64,000 nucleotides of DNA, from positions 1 to 64,000 of the forward strand of contig JAAOMT010000459.1 of assembly GCA_016748015.1 (NCBI GenBank), read 5' to 3'. Both the position numbers and the translations under genes were made by a program. Of the stretch, positions 61,900 through 64,000 are shown one piece after another. Each line of letters starts with the position of its first letter. Position 1 is the first letter of the stretch. Source of the DNA: Geosiphon pyriformis uo1. Lineage: Eukaryota > Fungi > Glomeromycota. The notes below the pieces were generated by a model. It worked only from the letters and a program-made list of their open reading frames with translations. It was not told the origin of the DNA and ran no database searches.

Positions 61900-63075
61900 T
61901 TAAATGCTGGCAGCAGTCAATTTGAATATGTTCTTGTTTACCACAATAGTGGCAGATATGTATTTCCTATTGCCACTGTTGATTGGTTGATAAAGATGGA
62001 CATGATTGATTTTGGGCATGATTAAAGGTTCTTTGATTATTGCGTCGTTGTGGAGGCTGATAAATGGTGTGATTGTTAGCTAAGTATCCTTCTAATCTCT
62101 TATTAATTAATTTACTAAACTTCTCCCATTTGGAATCCAATTCAGATGATCCATTCATTACTAGATTAATGGCTTGGGTGTAATTAACCTCTGACTCAGT
62201 GGATTCAAAATCTCTGACACATGTGACTGCGTCTTGAAGGATACCTGGATGCAGCAGGCATACATGTTACAAGATGCTGCTGTGCAGGCCATGGATAAAC
62301 TGATTAAGTATCTGTGGTGCTGTAAAATAGTTGGCGTCAATTGCTTGAATTTGGTGCAGATTTTGATGGAAGCGTCCCAAGTAAGTGGTGACTGCTTCAG
62401 TTTCTCCTTGTTTTATGGTGGTGAATGTATTGACTAGGCAATTGATGCTGTTATTGTTGCTGAAGTATCTTAGGAATTCTGTTTTGAAGGCATTGAAATC
62501 TTGTGGTTTATTAACCAAGCTCTGATACCATGAATTGGCGGTATCCTTGAGAAAGTAGAGAATGGCTTGCATTGCTCGGCCATCATTCCATCCATTGGCT
62601 GTAATGGCTTTTTTTACATCATTCAGCCATACTTGAGTGTCATCCTCTTTACCAGTAAAGTTGTCAAGTTTTGCGATTGGTGCATAGGCCATTGGATCTA
62701 AGTTAGGTAGTTGTGATGGCTGTTGAAGCAGTTGTTGTGGTATTGGTTGTTGGGGTGGTAGTTGAAGTGGCTGTTGTATGGGTTTGGCTATGAATTAATT
62801 GGCAGTTGATTAATGACAATTACTGGAGGTAAGTTTTGATTAATTAATTCAGGGTTTGGATTGTTCTGTCTTTGATGATTTGGAGTTTCAATTTCTGAAT
62901 TTTCTAGATTTAGATTTTGTTGAGTTTGAAAATTCGGGTCTTCTAGGATCGGGTTTTGGTAATTAAATTCCTGATCCTCATCTTTGTCTTCTTCTGATTC
63001 AGTAATTTCCTAGGGACTGATGGTTCCGAAATCTGGCTGATGAAGCGGTGATTAAAATTCTGATGGTGTTGGCGA
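61900..63075 (-). pseudogene. Ty3 Gag (capsid + CCHC knuckle)
   Basis: FTGKEDDTQVWL...IKQGETEAVTTYLGRF...QFIHGL and CHYCGKQEHIQIDC. Confidence 0.88.
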
Positions 63076-63950
63076 TGTTACGGTTTAAAAATTTAGCAAA
63101 AAGAATCATAAAAATAATACAAATTATTCAATCATAATATAGCACAGTAATAATCTTAGAAAGGTAATGATTAATATAGTAGCAAATACCATCTCGCAAT
63201 AGTGGCAAGTATCAGTTCACAATAGCAGCCAACACCAACTGGTGATAGCAGCAAACACCAGGTTGAAATATCAAAAAGAAAGTATTACAAGGTGTTTTCT
63301 CATAGAACTACAAACATGTATATATACAGTAGTTTTAATATTGGGAAAAAAAATCAAGTAATAAAAATCATAACTTATCAAGCAATAGATCCAATTTTAT
63401 CTAACAAACTCCATTTTAAATCATACTTTCAAATTAAATATCCCAAGAAACCTTTAAATCAAAAAGAAATGAAAAAAGAATATTTAAAACTGAATTATCA
63501 CAACTCAAAGTATTAAGAAACTTACTTGTATTATTTATTGAATGAAACTATCATTTATTAACTGAATTTCTTGGAAGAATAATCCTTGATCAAGATTATT
63601 CACGTTGTTACTAATTGATAAAAGCTTTATTGTAAGAATTAGAAAAAGCACTAAAGACCATTAATATTCTGTGTTTCTAGATTAGAGAAACACATCAGGC
63701 AATTGCAAGGATAGCCTCAGAAAAGACCCCAAACAGTGGGTAGATTTCAGTTCAGCCTCTGAAAAGGAGTACATAAACATACACAACAATCAAGAATTAA
63801 AGAATAATTTACATCGCAACAGTAAAAAGAAAGCCTTCAGTATAACAGTGACATTATCACACAAATAGAATTGAGGAACTTACAAAAGACTGATTGCAAT
63901 TAAAGCGGGATATCAGCAATTAAATATAACAAAAAAACCAATCCGTAACA
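63076..63950. mobile_element. complete LTR of family B (875 bp) inserted in Gag, in opposite orientation to 59208-59932
   Basis: TGTTAC...GTAACA termini and high similarity to the reverse complement of the first copy. The flanks GCGA and ATGA do not match. Confidence 0.85.
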
Positions 63951-64000
63951 ATGAGAGTGGAAAAATTTTTGGAGAAATTGGTTTTTTTTTCTTTTTACTC

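Larger units (their letters stand above)
53677..63075 (-). mobile_element. Ty3/gypsy LTR retrotransposon with dUTPase, degenerate; the 5' part is not in the window
   Basis: Domain order Gag-PR-X-dUTPase-RT-RH-IN, with a 3' LTR. Confidence 0.92.

Noticed and set aside
63072-63954. Second LTR-B as a solo LTR with a TSD
   Set aside because: The flanks GCGA and ATGA differ, and the right flank cannot be shown to continue Gag; it may be the end of a larger insertion extending beyond the window.
1-64000. CRISPR arrays, tRNA or rRNA genes, prokaryotic operons
   Set aside because: None is recognisable; the DNA is eukaryotic with spliceosomal introns.

Overview
Eukaryotic, intron-containing, AT-rich fungal DNA. 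The gene and transposon repertoire (kinase-SEL1 family, class-3 lipase family, RNase H LINEs, dUTPase-bearing Ty3) points to Glomeromycotina, possibly Geosiphon-like; this is inferred from family appearance, not a database result. The left half has two intact spliced genes: an LRR + BC-box + Cys-motif protein (LRRC58-like, 10012-11888 +) and a PDK1/Pkh/Ksg1 kinase with a PH domain (25101-27768 -). It also holds a class-3 lipase homologue lacking the catalytic Ser, kinase/SEL1 pseudogenes, and pogo and Tc1 relics. The right half is a retroelement nest. Three related LINEs (APE-RT-RNaseH type) are present, and the third is interrupted by a Ty3/gypsy element (Gag-PR-Cys-rich domain-dUTPase-RT-RH-IN-ORF3-LTR). 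That element carries two LTRs of a second family. Sharply bounded, extremely AT-rich blocks separate these features. The most notable unexplained signal is a ~34-bp ungapped dyad motif (TGGCTRGTCACGTG-N7-YRCATGATY). It occurs five times, at LINE 3' ends and as orphans, always in or at the edge of an AT desert.
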